Positions 34,256 to 46,304 of a stretch of DNA of 64,000 bases are shown in pieces (the stretch's first letter is position 1; every line of letters begins with the position of its first letter). Source of the stretch: Phoronis australis (Eukaryota; Animalia; Phoronida). Both the position numbers and the translations under genes were made by a program. The DNA is taken from contig NMRA01000665.1 in assembly GCA_002633005.1 (NCBI GenBank), positions 1 to 64,000 on the forward strand. The letters run 5' to 3'. The notes beneath the pieces were generated by a model, which had not been told where the DNA came from, searched no databases, and saw only the letters and a program-made list of their open reading frames with translations.

Positions 34256-35275
34256 GTAACACGAATTAGGCCGTCGGCAAATCCGAAACACATCGGGTGT
34301 TTTCACCGCCTTGTATGTTCCCTCGGGAGTGCTTCTTATGTAAGCACGTACAAACTTCAGTCATTCAATCAATGGTTTTCAAACTTTAAAGCCAACTCAC
34401 TTGCCGCATGACCTAAGTCCCCTCATGCGCATGTATGAAACACCTCCAAGGGAAACTTGTGGTTAGAAAATACTCGAAGTGTTTCGAATATCACTGTGGC
34501 CGCCGAATACTTAGAAATAGCGGTACTGACGTAAATTTTCAGTGATCTGCATATAGACCAGTGTTCCACAGCACAGAGACTAGTAATTTTGACATTGAGG
34601 CTGTGAAAAATGTTACTGAACGCCATTCTCTGCTGGAAGTCTTCTTGCTCCACTACACCAAACCCACAGTTGGTGAAAGTGTGTAAGATGTAAAACTACT
34701 CTTGGCGAAATTCTGCCGGACGAAATTGTGCCCAAGATAACGAAGATTACAGTACAAGGCATTGCCGTCAAATTACTTATAGATACACATTACACATAAT
34801 TATGAGGTTATTACTGAGGTATTGCTACTTGTCATTTTCTCAACCAAATTGCACAAAACACTCCTAGGTGACTTTCGTAGGCGCAAGACACTCGTGAAGA
34901 ACTTGCAGCGGAAAATCTTCGCTTATAGAACGAAAAAAGTGATTTTTTTTCAACATTCCAACCTAACCGACAAAACAGTTACCACCGTTAGGCAAGCGTA
35001 CATTAGGAACTTCCGAACATTCTCACTGAACATTTGCCTCACACTTGCGTGATCTTGCTTTTTCGTACTTATCTGGCGTCTGGAACGCACCCGACCCCTC
35101 ATAACGGGACAAAAAATGAAATATACAAAACAGTCTACACACAAAATATGTACTCATCAATTAATGTACCGGGAGGTAGCCTCTGCCAAAATTTCTTACC
35201 TAGCTACAGAAGCAAATTAGTACGTTCAGTGCGCTGAAACATATAACTTCATCCCTCCTAGTTTTGTTGTTGTAG

Positions 35276-35383
35276 ACACGGTCGGTTGTGCCGACCCGGA
35301 AGTGTGCTTCAAAGCATGCGGCAACAGAGCCGGATGTTCCGACAGCGCTTACGTCAAGTTGGTGCTAGAACTCATGCCCCAAG
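35276..35383 (+). CDS. SLC5 exon 10 equivalent (108 bp)
   Basis: (D)TVGCADPEVCFKACGNRAGCSDSAYVKLVLELMPQ(G). Confidence 0.94.
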
Positions 35384-35854
35384 GTAAGACCGTCTGCTTG
35401 ACAGCTGAATTACGTGTTAGTACACCGTAGCTCTAGATGTCAAACGACTGCACCGACAAACGTGTACCTACGTTGGTGCAAGTTTTTACCTTTTCACAAG
35501 AATTCATCATAACTGCTAAAGGGACAGTTAAAGGGGCATTTCGTCAATTTCGTTAAAGAAACGTAATCATGCATGAAATGTAAGAAATAGGCTAGTAAAC
35601 CATGGCCAATGAGACGAGCTAATTGCTCTGACCAGCTGGTCTGAGCGGTTGAGCTGTATCATCAAAAGGTGCCGTCATCATTTATTTGTATACTCCAGGT
35701 ATTTTATCACATGAACATGTGACCAACAGGTGGCGTGCTGATCGAGCTTAAAATGTTTGCGACCATTCACCATTACGATTGTCTTAACAATCATGTAATT
35801 CGGTAAAACTAGGAATAAGATGGAACTTCAATCAATGTCTATTTTTTTCGACAG

Positions 35855-36005
35855 GCCTGCGCGGTTTGATGCTGGCAGCCATGTTGGCGGCTTTGATGTC
35901 GTCACTGACCTCAATATTTAACAGCGGTAGTACGGTGTTCACGATGGATATTTGGAAGAAAATAAGAAAACAAGCGTCCGAAACCGAACTGATGATTGTT
36001 GGCAG
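35855..36005 (+). CDS. SLC5 exon 11 equivalent (151 bp)
   Basis: [49 protein letters not shown](R). Confidence 0.95.
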
Positions 36006-36305
36006 GTAATAGTGAAACGTACAACTCTTTAAACATAAGTAAAGCTCGACGTTTTTGTGTTTCCAGTAGCACTTCATAATTATATTCTTTCTCTAAATCT
36101 AAGTCGTTTGTTTGCCCTCCCCGTGTACATTATAAAAAGCCTGTTCAGCTGGACCCATCGTAAAAATGCTTCTATGGTATTTTTTCGAATAGTTCATCTA
36201 CCATTATGGGGATCTGTGAGGGATTCCACCAATATTCGGGTTTACATTTTTAACATTATTACTGGTGGTGACGAAGTTTCTAACCAAACGTTGTTATGTT
36301 CGTAG

Positions 36306-36468
36306 GGTCTTTGTCTTGGTGTTCACCGGAGTGGCCATCGCTTGGCTTCCAATGGTTGGAACGGGTGGCAAGCTGTTTGACTATATCCAGTCCATAACAT
36401 CGTACACGACGCCACCGGTCCTGGCAGTGTATCTCATGGGTGTATGCTGGAAACGAACAACAGAGCCG
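36306..36468 (+). CDS. SLC5 exon 12 equivalent (163 bp)
   Basis: VFVLVFTGVAIAWLPMVGTGGKLFDYIQSITSYTTPPVLAVYLMGVCWKRTTEP. Confidence 0.94.
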
Positions 36469-36851
36469 GTGAGTGAGCTGCATACGTGTACAAAGATACC
36501 ACACATGCAATAGTACAATGTACACTTGAGCCGTCGAATACACTGTATTTCGCACGCACCACTGAATCCTCAGCACCAATCACCGAATAGTGCAAACAGT
36601 ACAATCAGACGAAACACCGTTTCCTGTCATCAGGGCTAATTCTGTTATGAGCAAAAAGGACCGGCAATCTCTATTTCCGGGGCAAAATTGTAATTGCAAA
36701 ATAACTACCTGACTAACTCCCCTGACAATTTCCGTCATCCTCTGTCATGTGGGAAGACTACTCCCACGATACTTTCCGCTTCCGCCCTGTCGTCTTGACG
36801 GGGAATTCGTTGTCAATTTGGTTGGTACTGCAGGTTCATAAATCGAAACAC

Positions 36852-36913
36852 CATAATTACGACAAAACTGTGCATACGAATCGCCATAATTACGACAAAA
36901 CTGTGCATACGAA
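36852..36913. repeat. 33-bp tandem duplication (intronic)
   Basis: CCATAATTACGACAAAACTGTGCATACGAA occurs twice. Confidence 0.8.
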
Positions 36914-36924
36914 CCGCAATAAAT

Positions 36925-37191
36925 CATGCGCGCACCCAGGGGATGGGGGGCGGGCTCAGGGGGCTCGAATTAGCACCCCCATTTGGCAAAGAGGGCAGAA
37001 AGGTCCGCCTCAGAGAAACAAAAACTCCGAGAAAACGAGACAAAAGTGCAAAGGAATTCGGCGCGAGTGCACAATTCGTAGGTCTGAACCTAGTACTCCG
37101 TTTGTTTAGTCCTCGATTACTTTTTTCAGGAAAAGGCCCACATAACGCAAAATTCGAGCCCCCGCTATATTTTAGGGTGGGTGCGCGCATG
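36925..37191. mobile_element. MITE with 14-bp TIRs
   Basis: CATGCGCGCACCCA ... TGGGTGCGCGCATG; related copies near 15780-16015 and 6480-6640. Confidence 0.75.
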
Positions 37192-38006
37192 GAAATACAT
37201 GCGAACAGCAAACAGATCACTGCACAGGACTAGTGAGTATACATGTGTATACACACCCCGCGTTGACAAATGGTTCGTGGGAGTGATTCGATGTTCGGGG
37301 CTGTATACGAAATTAGATATCTTGACTCGCCAAGATTGCGCTGTACGTGTCATAAATTCAATATGAAGTTGACATCAAAACAAGCAGCAGTCCTAAAAGC
37401 TATATATTACAGTACCTTTGATTTGTTGCCAGTGGTAACTCATTAAACAAATACGTATGAAGGAATGCTTGACTATTTGCCTTTTACACGTGCGCACACA
37501 CACACACACAAACGCACACAAAAACACAAACACGCTTTTCGAGATTAGACATTAACTTTAACAAATTAGCCAAGGAAGACCATCTTCTACCGATTTTTTC
37601 GTATCCATAATTTCAGAGATGAAAACATTTTCCGTTTGAAAGTGCTGCTACCTTTTCTACCTCAAAAGTTGCATTGAAGGCGTAAAATTTCTGTTCTAAA
37701 ACAAATGAAGAAATTTAGTTTTGTTTCAATAGTTTAATTTACCGAAGAAAACATCTCTTTCTTGTGATTAAGCAAATTGTTGTTTCTTTTTGATTACCAT
37801 TTACTAATACAGCAAACGTTTTCGCCACAACACAACCCGGCCATTGAACAAGGGTTATAGTTTCTGGCTACAAATCAAACGTGCAAGAAAGTGACTGTTG
37901 GACATTAATATTTTCTAGAAACTCGTTTGTGGGGCTTATTCGATGAAAAAAAAAAAATATCTGAGACCACATTAATCTGAATCATTGGTAGAATTAAGGG
38001 AACAGG

Positions 38007-38073
38007 CGTCACCACTACCCCCACCATTTGAGCGGATCGTCACCACTACCCCCACCATTTGAGCGGATCGTCA
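38007..38073. repeat. 31-bp perfect tandem duplication (intronic)
   Basis: CGTCACCACTACCCCCACCATTTGAGCGGAT x2 plus a partial third unit. Confidence 0.9.
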
Positions 38074-38220
38074 GCATTAATCTGTGATTACCACTTCAGC
38101 TCTTGTGTTGTATTTGTTGAAATGCATTCCGTTGAAGAGAGTGTTCTGATGACCAGAGTCTAAACGCGTTCCTTGCCATGCTCTCAAACTTTATCTCTCT
38201 CTCTCTCTCTCTCACGTCAG

Positions 38221-38436
38221 GCTGCATTTTGGGGACTCGTGACGGGACTAGTGGTCGGTAGTGCTCGCATGATTGTCGATTGGGCACTCGGCTCTCCCGT
38301 GTGCGGTCAAAAGGAGTATAGACCAGACTTCATAGCCAATTTCCACTACCTTCATTACGCCATATTTGTCTTCGTCCTTTGTCTCATCGTAGTGACTGTG
38401 ATCAGCATTTTAACCAAGCCTTTACCCGAAGAACAG
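38221..38436 (+). CDS. SLC5 exon 13 equivalent (216 bp)
   Basis: AAFWGLVTGLVVGSARM...FHYLHYA...VISILTKPLPEEQ; a (CT)n tract serves as the polypyrimidine tract. Confidence 0.94.
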
Positions 38437-39101
38437 GTAGGTCAACGGTACAAGCATGAACAAAGTGCAGTGTTAAAGTGGATCAGAGTTGTATGAAAAT
38501 CAACTTGTACTCTCCATGACTTGCAAAATTGAAGTTCCGTACATAAGCTAGAGTAGGCCTATTCGCTTCAACAATTTCCAGGGCATCAAGCTTGAGTTAG
38601 GTTGTCCAGGTTTGCGCAAGATGTCACACAACTTGTAGGCGTACGTACATGCATGCAAGCTATTTTCCAAAACATTCGAATGGCAAAGATGAATAGAACA
38701 AAATTTCGCACTATTGGAGTCTGTACATGTACGTGGATACAGCACATGAAAGCTGGATAGAAATGTCGAATGATTCCTCTATCCGAAATTAACAAATTTT
38801 TGTTGTTTCAACTCGTGTCCGTCTACGCGATGGCGTTTCCATGTGCCAAAAGGCAATTTTCTCTTCACAGACACGATTTTCAGCCACAAGTATCCATTAG
38901 AAAACGACAAAAAACTTAGTCGTATTAACACATCAAATTATTAGGAATGTCCAACTGAACTCGTGCATGTATGTCAATTTTTTAGATTTCTCAGAAATTG
39001 GGAGCGAAAAACAGATGGAAGTTTATACTTACAAGAACATTTTCGAGTTCTGAAATTGGCAGGGCGATCTGCTGCAGTAAAGTTTGAATAAACATACACC
39101 T

Positions 39102-39246
39102 CATGGGTGGCGCAGCACTGAAAAAGTGGCGGGGCTATAGCCCTCCAGCTCCCTGTGATGCACCGTCCATAGACCACGGGCGGCGCAACACTGAAAAAGT
39201 GGGGCTATAGCCCCCACCCCGAGCCCCCTATGGTGCGCCGCCCATG
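39102..39246. mobile_element. Two tandem ~70-bp miniature TIR elements
   Basis: CATGGGTGGCGCAGCACTGAAAAAGTGG... then CACGGGCGGCGCAACACTGAAAAAGTGG...GGTGCGCCGCCCATG. Confidence 0.55.
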
Positions 39247-39288
39247 TTCAACTGTATTGTACAATTCCAATTTTAAGTTCAATTGCAG

Positions 39289-39406
39289 ATCTTAAGATTA
39301 ACTTGGGGAACCAGAAATGTACCTGACTACGGTGACGAAATCAAAGACACTTTTGGGCAACAGGATGGCAAGGTAGAGATTGAATTGGTTGCAAAACCAT
39401 TATCAG
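39289..39406 (+). CDS. SLC5 exon 14 equivalent (118 bp)
   Basis: ILRLTWGTRNVPDYGDEIKDTFGQQDGKVEIELVAKPLS; RLTW motif; donor CAG|GTGAGT, phase 1. Confidence 0.85.
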
Positions 39407-40686
39407 GTGAGTTTAGATCCAAGCTTCGCTACTGGCAGGTGATTAGTTTTGCAAACTTTTCATTGTTTGCGTGTCTAGTAACTTAAAACAATTAAAATTA
39501 TGTACTCGTAAGTGAAAAAGTGTTATGAATAGCTCACAGTGAGATTAATCATCAGGATTTTCAAAACTATTTTACTCAAGCGGTATTATAATGCTGCCGC
39601 CACGATGGACATGAGTGAGACTTATCTCTCACTAAGCTCACGATTGACTAACTGTGCGCCTCTAGCGGCCACATGTCGCCTAATCAGACAGTGTGAGTGA
39701 AAACATTTTGCCGCTAATAATATGGGCCGGTGGATTCCGACAAGGAGGATAAAAATGAAGAAAACAAAGCCGATAGACGGTTTTCAGAGGAATGTATTTC
39801 GACTAACCCGTAATCGAAAATCTAATGTTTGTTACAGTGGATCGCCATGCGACTGCTGACACAATTGGAAACATAATGTGACGCAGTAGATCACGTGACA
39901 AATTAACCGCTTGTTTAGGAAAAGTGATAGCTATACCTTATTAGAACCGAAAAAATATTCAAATTTGTAACAAGGGCCACCTAAGACTTGCTGGAGAACT
40001 GGGTGTACGAGTATAAGCAGGAAAAAAACAACATGTAAATAAACTGCGGTTTTAAACAAAACACCACAACTGATACACTTAAAAATAAGTGTTAACATAT
40101 AAACAACTTATTAATTCCAAATAATACGCTATCGTTATTTAATAGAGAAATAAACAAATAATAAAATCTATGCCTTGTTTTATTGGCGTAAGATGAAACA
40201 TTACCATACTCATATACATAAAAATAGTCTTGCAAAAGGAGACTTTCGCGATATTATAATGTTAACTCGTTCTTCGATGGTTTCTAGCACACCAGAAGAC
40301 CCGGGGTTGTTTATAAACTAGTATTTCATTGGCATATTCACAATTTAATGAGACATCGCATCTTTAATCCGAGATAAATCAAGGTAATGTAGGACCCTAA
40401 AAACTGACAAAATTTGGCTTACTTCCAAACGTCATCTCAGAAATGGCTGGTTGGATTCATATGAAACGTTCAGATATTATGTTTTATGCGCTGTTCTCCA
40501 AAAAGCTTTCAGGAATCGTTTTCAAAATGGTCCACTTTTGCATGATCGTCTATCAATATTGTACTTACATTATGGTTTTCAGGAAAATTCAAACGTTGTA
40601 CAAAACGAACACAAAGTGTTGCAGGGTTTTAATATTTCTTCATCTTGATGTCAAGAAATAATATAAACCTTGGACACCTTTTTCAG

Positions 40687-40928
40687 ATTCCGAAGGTGAT
40701 GACGTCACCATAGAACCCCGGACCAATGAACCAAGATGGAAGAAATTGTTGAAAATTATGTGCGGCATTAGCAGCCAAACTGCGACCTCTGCAGCCGAGC
40801 TGGCCGAACAAGACCGAATAGCGGCGAACAGGGCTATGAAGGAGGATCCAAAGAAGAGCTTTTTTATCTACGTGAATCTCGTGATTCTGTTTTGCATAGG
40901 GAGTTTTGTTTTCGGTTTTTTAGCCTAA
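40687..40928 (+). CDS. SLC5 last exon
   Basis: Phase-1 acceptor tttttcag; ...WKKLLKIMCGI...EDPKKSFFIYVNLVILFCIGSFVFGFLA-stop (terminal transmembrane helix typical of SGLTs). Confidence 0.88.
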
Positions 40929-41258
40929 ACCAACGAGTACTGTCGCCAAATTACTGTAAGTTTTTACGTGATTGTTGGTTCCAGGGGGGTACTCGACTAT
41001 ATTTTTGACGTGGGATGCAACTGGGAAATTAGGATATCCAGCCGACCATAAAATGTGGACTCGAAAACGGGCGCCATCTGTAGGGAGCTTCCTTGAAAAG
41101 GTGATCCGATGGGTTTTTGTTTCAGAAACTTTGCCCTTTTGTAGGGGTTTATTCCATAAAGTTAACCCCCTAGTAATGATTCTTGGAAGACTGAATCTTT
41201 TACCCATGAAAAACAGTACATGAAGACTACCATGTTGTAAGACGTATACATCTTTTGA

Positions 41259-41264
41259 AATAAA
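41259..41264 (+). promoter_or_regulatory. Probable polyadenylation signal of the SLC5 gene
   Basis: First AATAAA, ~330 bp after the stop codon. Confidence 0.55.
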
Positions 41265-41464
41265 GGTTTTTATAATATAAATAATGGTAACCCGTGGTTA
41301 TTTTTTCTGCAGTTGACTATGGTAAAGATTGGAATGGAACCCTTCTATAGGGAACTTTGTCAGAAAAGGCACCCTTCATTAATTTTGTCACAAAAGGCAC
41401 CATTTTGCGTAAAGCTTGGTCTTTAAAATTCACACGAGCGCAGTTTCAAGGCAAATATGCTTTA

Positions 41465-41649
41465 TTAAATAAACCATCTAAAAATAATAACCAGCAACCC
41501 TACAGTCAAAACGGTCACGTGATGAGTACAAGCACGGTACGTTCCACAGCCACTGCGCAGGCCCTTCTTCTGAGGCAACACGTGCTCGTCGTCCTTCTTT
41601 GTCGTCTGCTTGTGCTCCAGGTCATCTTGTACGCTTCCTTTCTGCACAG
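41465..41649 (-). CDS. Sushi/CCP protein, terminal exon with a GPI-anchor-like signal
   Basis: Acceptor ttttaatattttctag, phase 1; charged stalk, then GLRSGCG, spacer, hydrophobic VTVLTVGLLVIIFRWFI-stop; stop overlaps AATAAA (41466-41461). Confidence 0.7.
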
Positions 41650-43339
41650 CTAGAAAATATTAAAATAGCTGACAGAACTGTTGTTTGCTAAGGAGTTGCT
41701 TTGTAAGACCAGAGCTGGGTTCCGTAAAGCCAGTTTCTTGCGAAAAGCGAGTTTGCATAAATCATCAAGAGGTAACCCATGCACGAGATCACATTCTGCT
41801 GTACTCGCTAATGTATCGAGTCTACGGAACGCGCACAATATCTTGTCTGCTCGGACCACGCCAGACCACTCTCGTACGCAAGGTAAAATATTACATCAGT
41901 TTCAGCGGCGAGTAATGTAACCATCTTGCTTGCACATGCGTTACAGAGGTAAGGATATCGATTCGGTCAGTTCCCCTATTTACGGTTTGGGGCCTCGGGA
42001 CACTTCTTTGGAGATGCTGGCTCTTACGTGTTGAACATGGTGTTGCCTAAGCTCACTTCTGTAGGGCATCGCACTTTCAGAAAATTTGATATGCACAAAG
42101 TAAATTTACTCGAGGCTGCAAACTGAAAAGGACAGTTTTAGAAAACGGAAAGCTGGCGGTGTTTACGTTTATTTAACTGTATTAAGGGGTTCCTAGTGCA
42201 GGGGGCCACGATTTTAGCACCTCTGTAATTTGAAACGATGCCTCCCCCTATCATGGCTCCATCTGCCGCCCTTTCATTTTTTCTGAGATTGTAGACTGTT
42301 TCATCTTAAGGGAACCTGCTCTTGGAGGTGCCAGTGAAGGAGTCGGCTGATGTGCTTTTCAAGTTTTGATGAAACAATACATCCGGACATGTTAGGGTAC
42401 CTGTTTCAGAGGTGAAGTCAATAGTAACTTTGTTCTTGTGCTGATGTAATTGCATATCCTTTCATGGCATAACAAGTCCATCATGGAAGCTTATGACGGA
42501 ATGAGCGAACGTTCTTGTCTTTTTTGTGAAATATTACAGCCTGACATGTTAAGGATCTCTTTGCACGTGGGGCCCGGTGTTGGAATCAGTTTTCGTTTTT
42601 CCCTGATTTTTGCAATGATGACAAATGTCTTGATACTATGGGGGGAGTGGTTCCTTTACTGTTTTCTTGAAATTGTAGAGCCTTTCGTTTTAAAAGAACC
42701 TATTCTCGATCGGAGGTTATTCCAATGATAGACTGAAATGTTGCTGTTTTTATCGCTGTCACATTTAGGATTAGAGAGGCCCTAAGTGATGAAATCAATT
42801 GTCATTCTCGTCCTGTTTTCCGTAAATATATATCGTTCCACATTGAGAGGCTCTTCGCAGATAAGGTCCCCTCTTGGACAAAATCCAGGGCAATTGTCCG
42901 CTCTGAATTCGTGACTTAGTTCAGTAATGACAGAGGTTTCCTGGAATTCTGTTTGCCTTCATCTGCGGACGACAAGAACTGATACTAGTCAGAACGTAGA
43001 GGCTTGTAAAAACTTAAAATGCGTGTAAGCCTTGTTTTAAAGCTCCCGCTAAAAGTACAAGGCATTTTCATAAATATAACCTTCCGTTTTAAGGGCGACA
43101 ACCGTATTTGTTTTAAACTGGGATAACTGCAGTTTTGTTAAAGATGTTTCCACCAGTAACACGGTCAGTTTCTTCCAGAGGTTGTTTATTTGTGTTTGTG
43201 CCAGAAATCGTTAAATGGGTTAGGAACAGTGCGTGTTTGCTTTATCATGCCACTTCCTTTTCCACAAGAGCCCGGTGACGTCATATCGTTCTTGGTGATC
43301 TAAACCATGCCAACCATTGTACGATGACACTTGACTTAC

Positions 43340-43382
43340 CTCAAAATCCAACTGCTGCCCGGTGGTTTGATGATTGGCCCAA
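43340..43382 (-). CDS. Candidate 43-bp alternative mini-exon of the Sushi gene
   Basis: catag acceptor (weak pyrimidine tract) and consensus donor GAG|GTAAGT; reads VGPIIKPPGSSWIL in phase 1. Confidence 0.35.
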
Positions 43383-43963
43383 CTATGTTGCACACCCAGC
43401 ACAATAAATGAGAAACGTACATTTTTGCAACATTACACAAACGTTTTAGGTTTCAAAAGTCACATTTCTCGTCCAATTTTCAAAATTCAAAAAACTAATC
43501 ACGTGTTATTTTCACGAAATATTTACAAAGTTTCAAAACTAAAATTTAAAAATACAGTTGTTGTCCCCCCCACCCCACCCCCCCATGTGGTCATAATGGG
43601 TCTCGTTATCTAGAGAACGTTAACAACAGTAGCCTGAGGCAATAAATTAACCACAACTGCGTGGTATCTTTGACCTAAACCGGCAAATTCTTAGGTGCAC
43701 CAACTGGTCGTGTTGCCAAATCTCGACCGGTTAGGATGTCAACGTAGGATTTTTTCTTGCAAAATAAATGTTTTTAGGCGAAACGTCCATTTGATAAACC
43801 TTAGCCATAGCTCGGCATGAAACAATCCAAACGTTCCTTTCAGTAAGCGAAGAACGTAAAACCATAAGAATTTAGTGTCTATTGCCCGGATACAACGAAA
43901 TTTTCCGATTCACTGAGGCAGCAAACCCCGTGACGCGATCTACACATCGGGTGGTATACTCAC

Positions 43964-44155
43964 CAGTGCACGACGGTGGCATGTCCAATTTACCATCAAC
44001 GGCACACGTGGTCGTCTGACTAGATGACGAGTCGGAGAACGTAAAGCCGCGCTCACACTGCCATATCACTTGCGTACCGCTGGCTACGCTTGTAGCGCCC
44101 CCGACCGCTCGGTAGTTAGCCCCCGTTGGGATGAGGATATTGCAAGTTGTTGAAC
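43964..44155 (-). CDS. Sushi/CCP module exon (192 bp, phase 1-1)
   Basis: TCNILIP...GTQVIWQCERGF...TTTCAVDG...PPSCT; acceptor tttttcttccgag, donor GTGAGT. Confidence 0.85.
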
Positions 44156-45130
44156 CTCGGAAGAAAAACGTAACATACACAGATGCACCAAACCCGTATC
44201 GCCACTGAGACCCAGAGGAGGCAAGAGGAGCAGGGGGTTCAAACACTAATGGTGGTCACCTGGGACTGGGTACGACATTGGTGACGACCAGGTGGGGTGA
44301 AAGTGGTGGCGTGGTGACGGGGATTTCAGAGAAAATTTGGAACGACCAGTGGCGGACAAAAGGTCAGAATTCAATGAAGCCCATCTTGACCATTGCCAAG
44401 TAATTTTAACTCCTATACTGGCCGGGCTTATGGCCGGTGGTATTATTAGTTATGACAACTACACCGTACGTGCGTACAGTACACGTGCCCCTCTAAATTA
44501 ATGTACACCTTTTCCTCTAACCAGTCCTCAGTTTTTAATACCAGACACGAAGTAAAGATTTATGTATGTCGCCATTCACACCATTTGAAACTCCCAGCAC
44601 CTAGCGATTGAGTGTGTACTGCATGTCACAGACGAAGAGTTATTCGCTTAGCCAGCCGCCAAAAGTGCCACTAACCTAAGCATGCGACCTCACGGCATGA
44701 CAATAAAACAACAGTTGAATGAATTAGCCCAACCGACAACTGTCACTGATCACTTACCTTTGTTTGCGGGCAACCGGCATCGTGATACACGTTTGCGATC
44801 AGCTTACTGTGGCTTCAGACATTTGGCTCTTCGTCTGCGCCGTGCCTAAGAGATTGATTTTGCTCGCTAACTGCCATATTAAGAAAGTTAACTAAATCAG
44901 CGACTACATGTATACAAAAGATTCGGTTACTAGTCGCCAAAGAGTACGTGACGAAACGAAACGAATCTTACTTTATCAATTAATGTGACATTATCGTCGA
45001 AAAGATGGATTTTGTAAAATCAACCTCAACGCGTAGCCGAACCTGTAGCCTCTGCGGTCACTTCATACGCTCTGCTGAGCGGAGTTGTATCGCAATGAAC
45101 ACAAGACCATGCATTTTAAACGTATTTAAC

Positions 45131-45361
45131 AAGTACAGCTTGATTTCAGCGAATGTCTGACAGACATTGCCAAAAACTGTCGATTTGTAATAAAATCACA
45201 AGATCGGGTTTTATACGTTTTATAGGCTATAGCTCCGGTCGAAGCAAATGACTGTCTCATCCAGCAACAATCCCAGACAAGGGTCTTCGGTTGTGAAACG
45301 ATATTGCCTCCGTTTGAGAAGTAGTGGCCGGTTGCAGGAAACTCTCCCAATAGGGGTTCAA
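45131..45361 (-). CDS. Candidate highly divergent module exon (231 bp, phase 1-1)
   Basis: Acceptor ttggttacatag; open frame with LVWDCC...RSC...SSCT; length is a multiple of 3; weak donor GTTAAA. Confidence 0.35.
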
Positions 45362-46061
45362 CTATGTAACCAAAATTTTGAACGCATTTGTGGACTTAAT
45401 TTGTGCAAACATTGATTGTCCTATCTTCTACTATTTCATCTTCGATGCTACGTCAAGTTTCAGCTTTGACAGATACCAAGCTTAAAAATCAAGTTCAAGA
45501 AAATGTTTAGGGAGGTTTTCATAAAACGATCATTTAACGATTTGCTCCTATTTATTGTCATTAAAATAGGGGCTCGGTTTTCAGATAAATTATTAGAAAA
45601 AGCCTTTGGTGAAATGAGCTCACAATGACAATTAGGTCACAGAAAAAATATAAAATTAGTAAGTAAACGTCTGCAAATGCCCTGAAATTTTGGGGAACAA
45701 AGTCGAGTCTCCATTGGAAGCGTTTCACGCAACCGACAGCAGATGACCGCAACCTAGTGACTCGCGGTGTCATTTCAGATGTATACTTCCGACAATTGTG
45801 GGAACTTCCTCTTTGATTCAAGATTCTTTATCATAAACTTGTGACAAAAGTAAATTCTGGCTTAAGATGGAAAATATAATTTTGAGCAAAAAAGTTGCAT
45901 AGTTACAGCATATTGCCAGTTTATGTAATGAACATAGTTCTGTTTGAGAAAATATTAATTTATCTATTAAATTCCAAAACGTAATCTTTATAATTATTTC
46001 TTTCTGTCTGAAGACGACAAACGCGAGTTCACCAGTCTTATCATAATCACACAAAACTCAC

Positions 46062-46304
46062 TTTTGCATGCTTCTTTTATATCGACATCTTGGTTTGGCT
46101 GGTCACACGTGACCGCAATCGAAGTTTGCTTTGAATCGAACGAGTACTGGTTGACACACTGGTAGATCACTTGACTATCGCTTAGAAACTCCACAGTGGT
46201 GCCCGGCGACAGTTTCTCGCGTTGACTGCTGCTGTGCGCTAAGTATACGTCATAATGCAACGTAGACAGCTTTTCGCCGACAGGAACTGATATGGTACAT
46301 TTTC
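46062..46304 (-). CDS. Sushi/CCP module exon (243 bp, phase 1-1)
   Basis: KCTISVP...SQVIYQCVNQYSF...IAVTCDQ...EACK; acceptor tttcag, donor GTGAGT. Confidence 0.82.
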
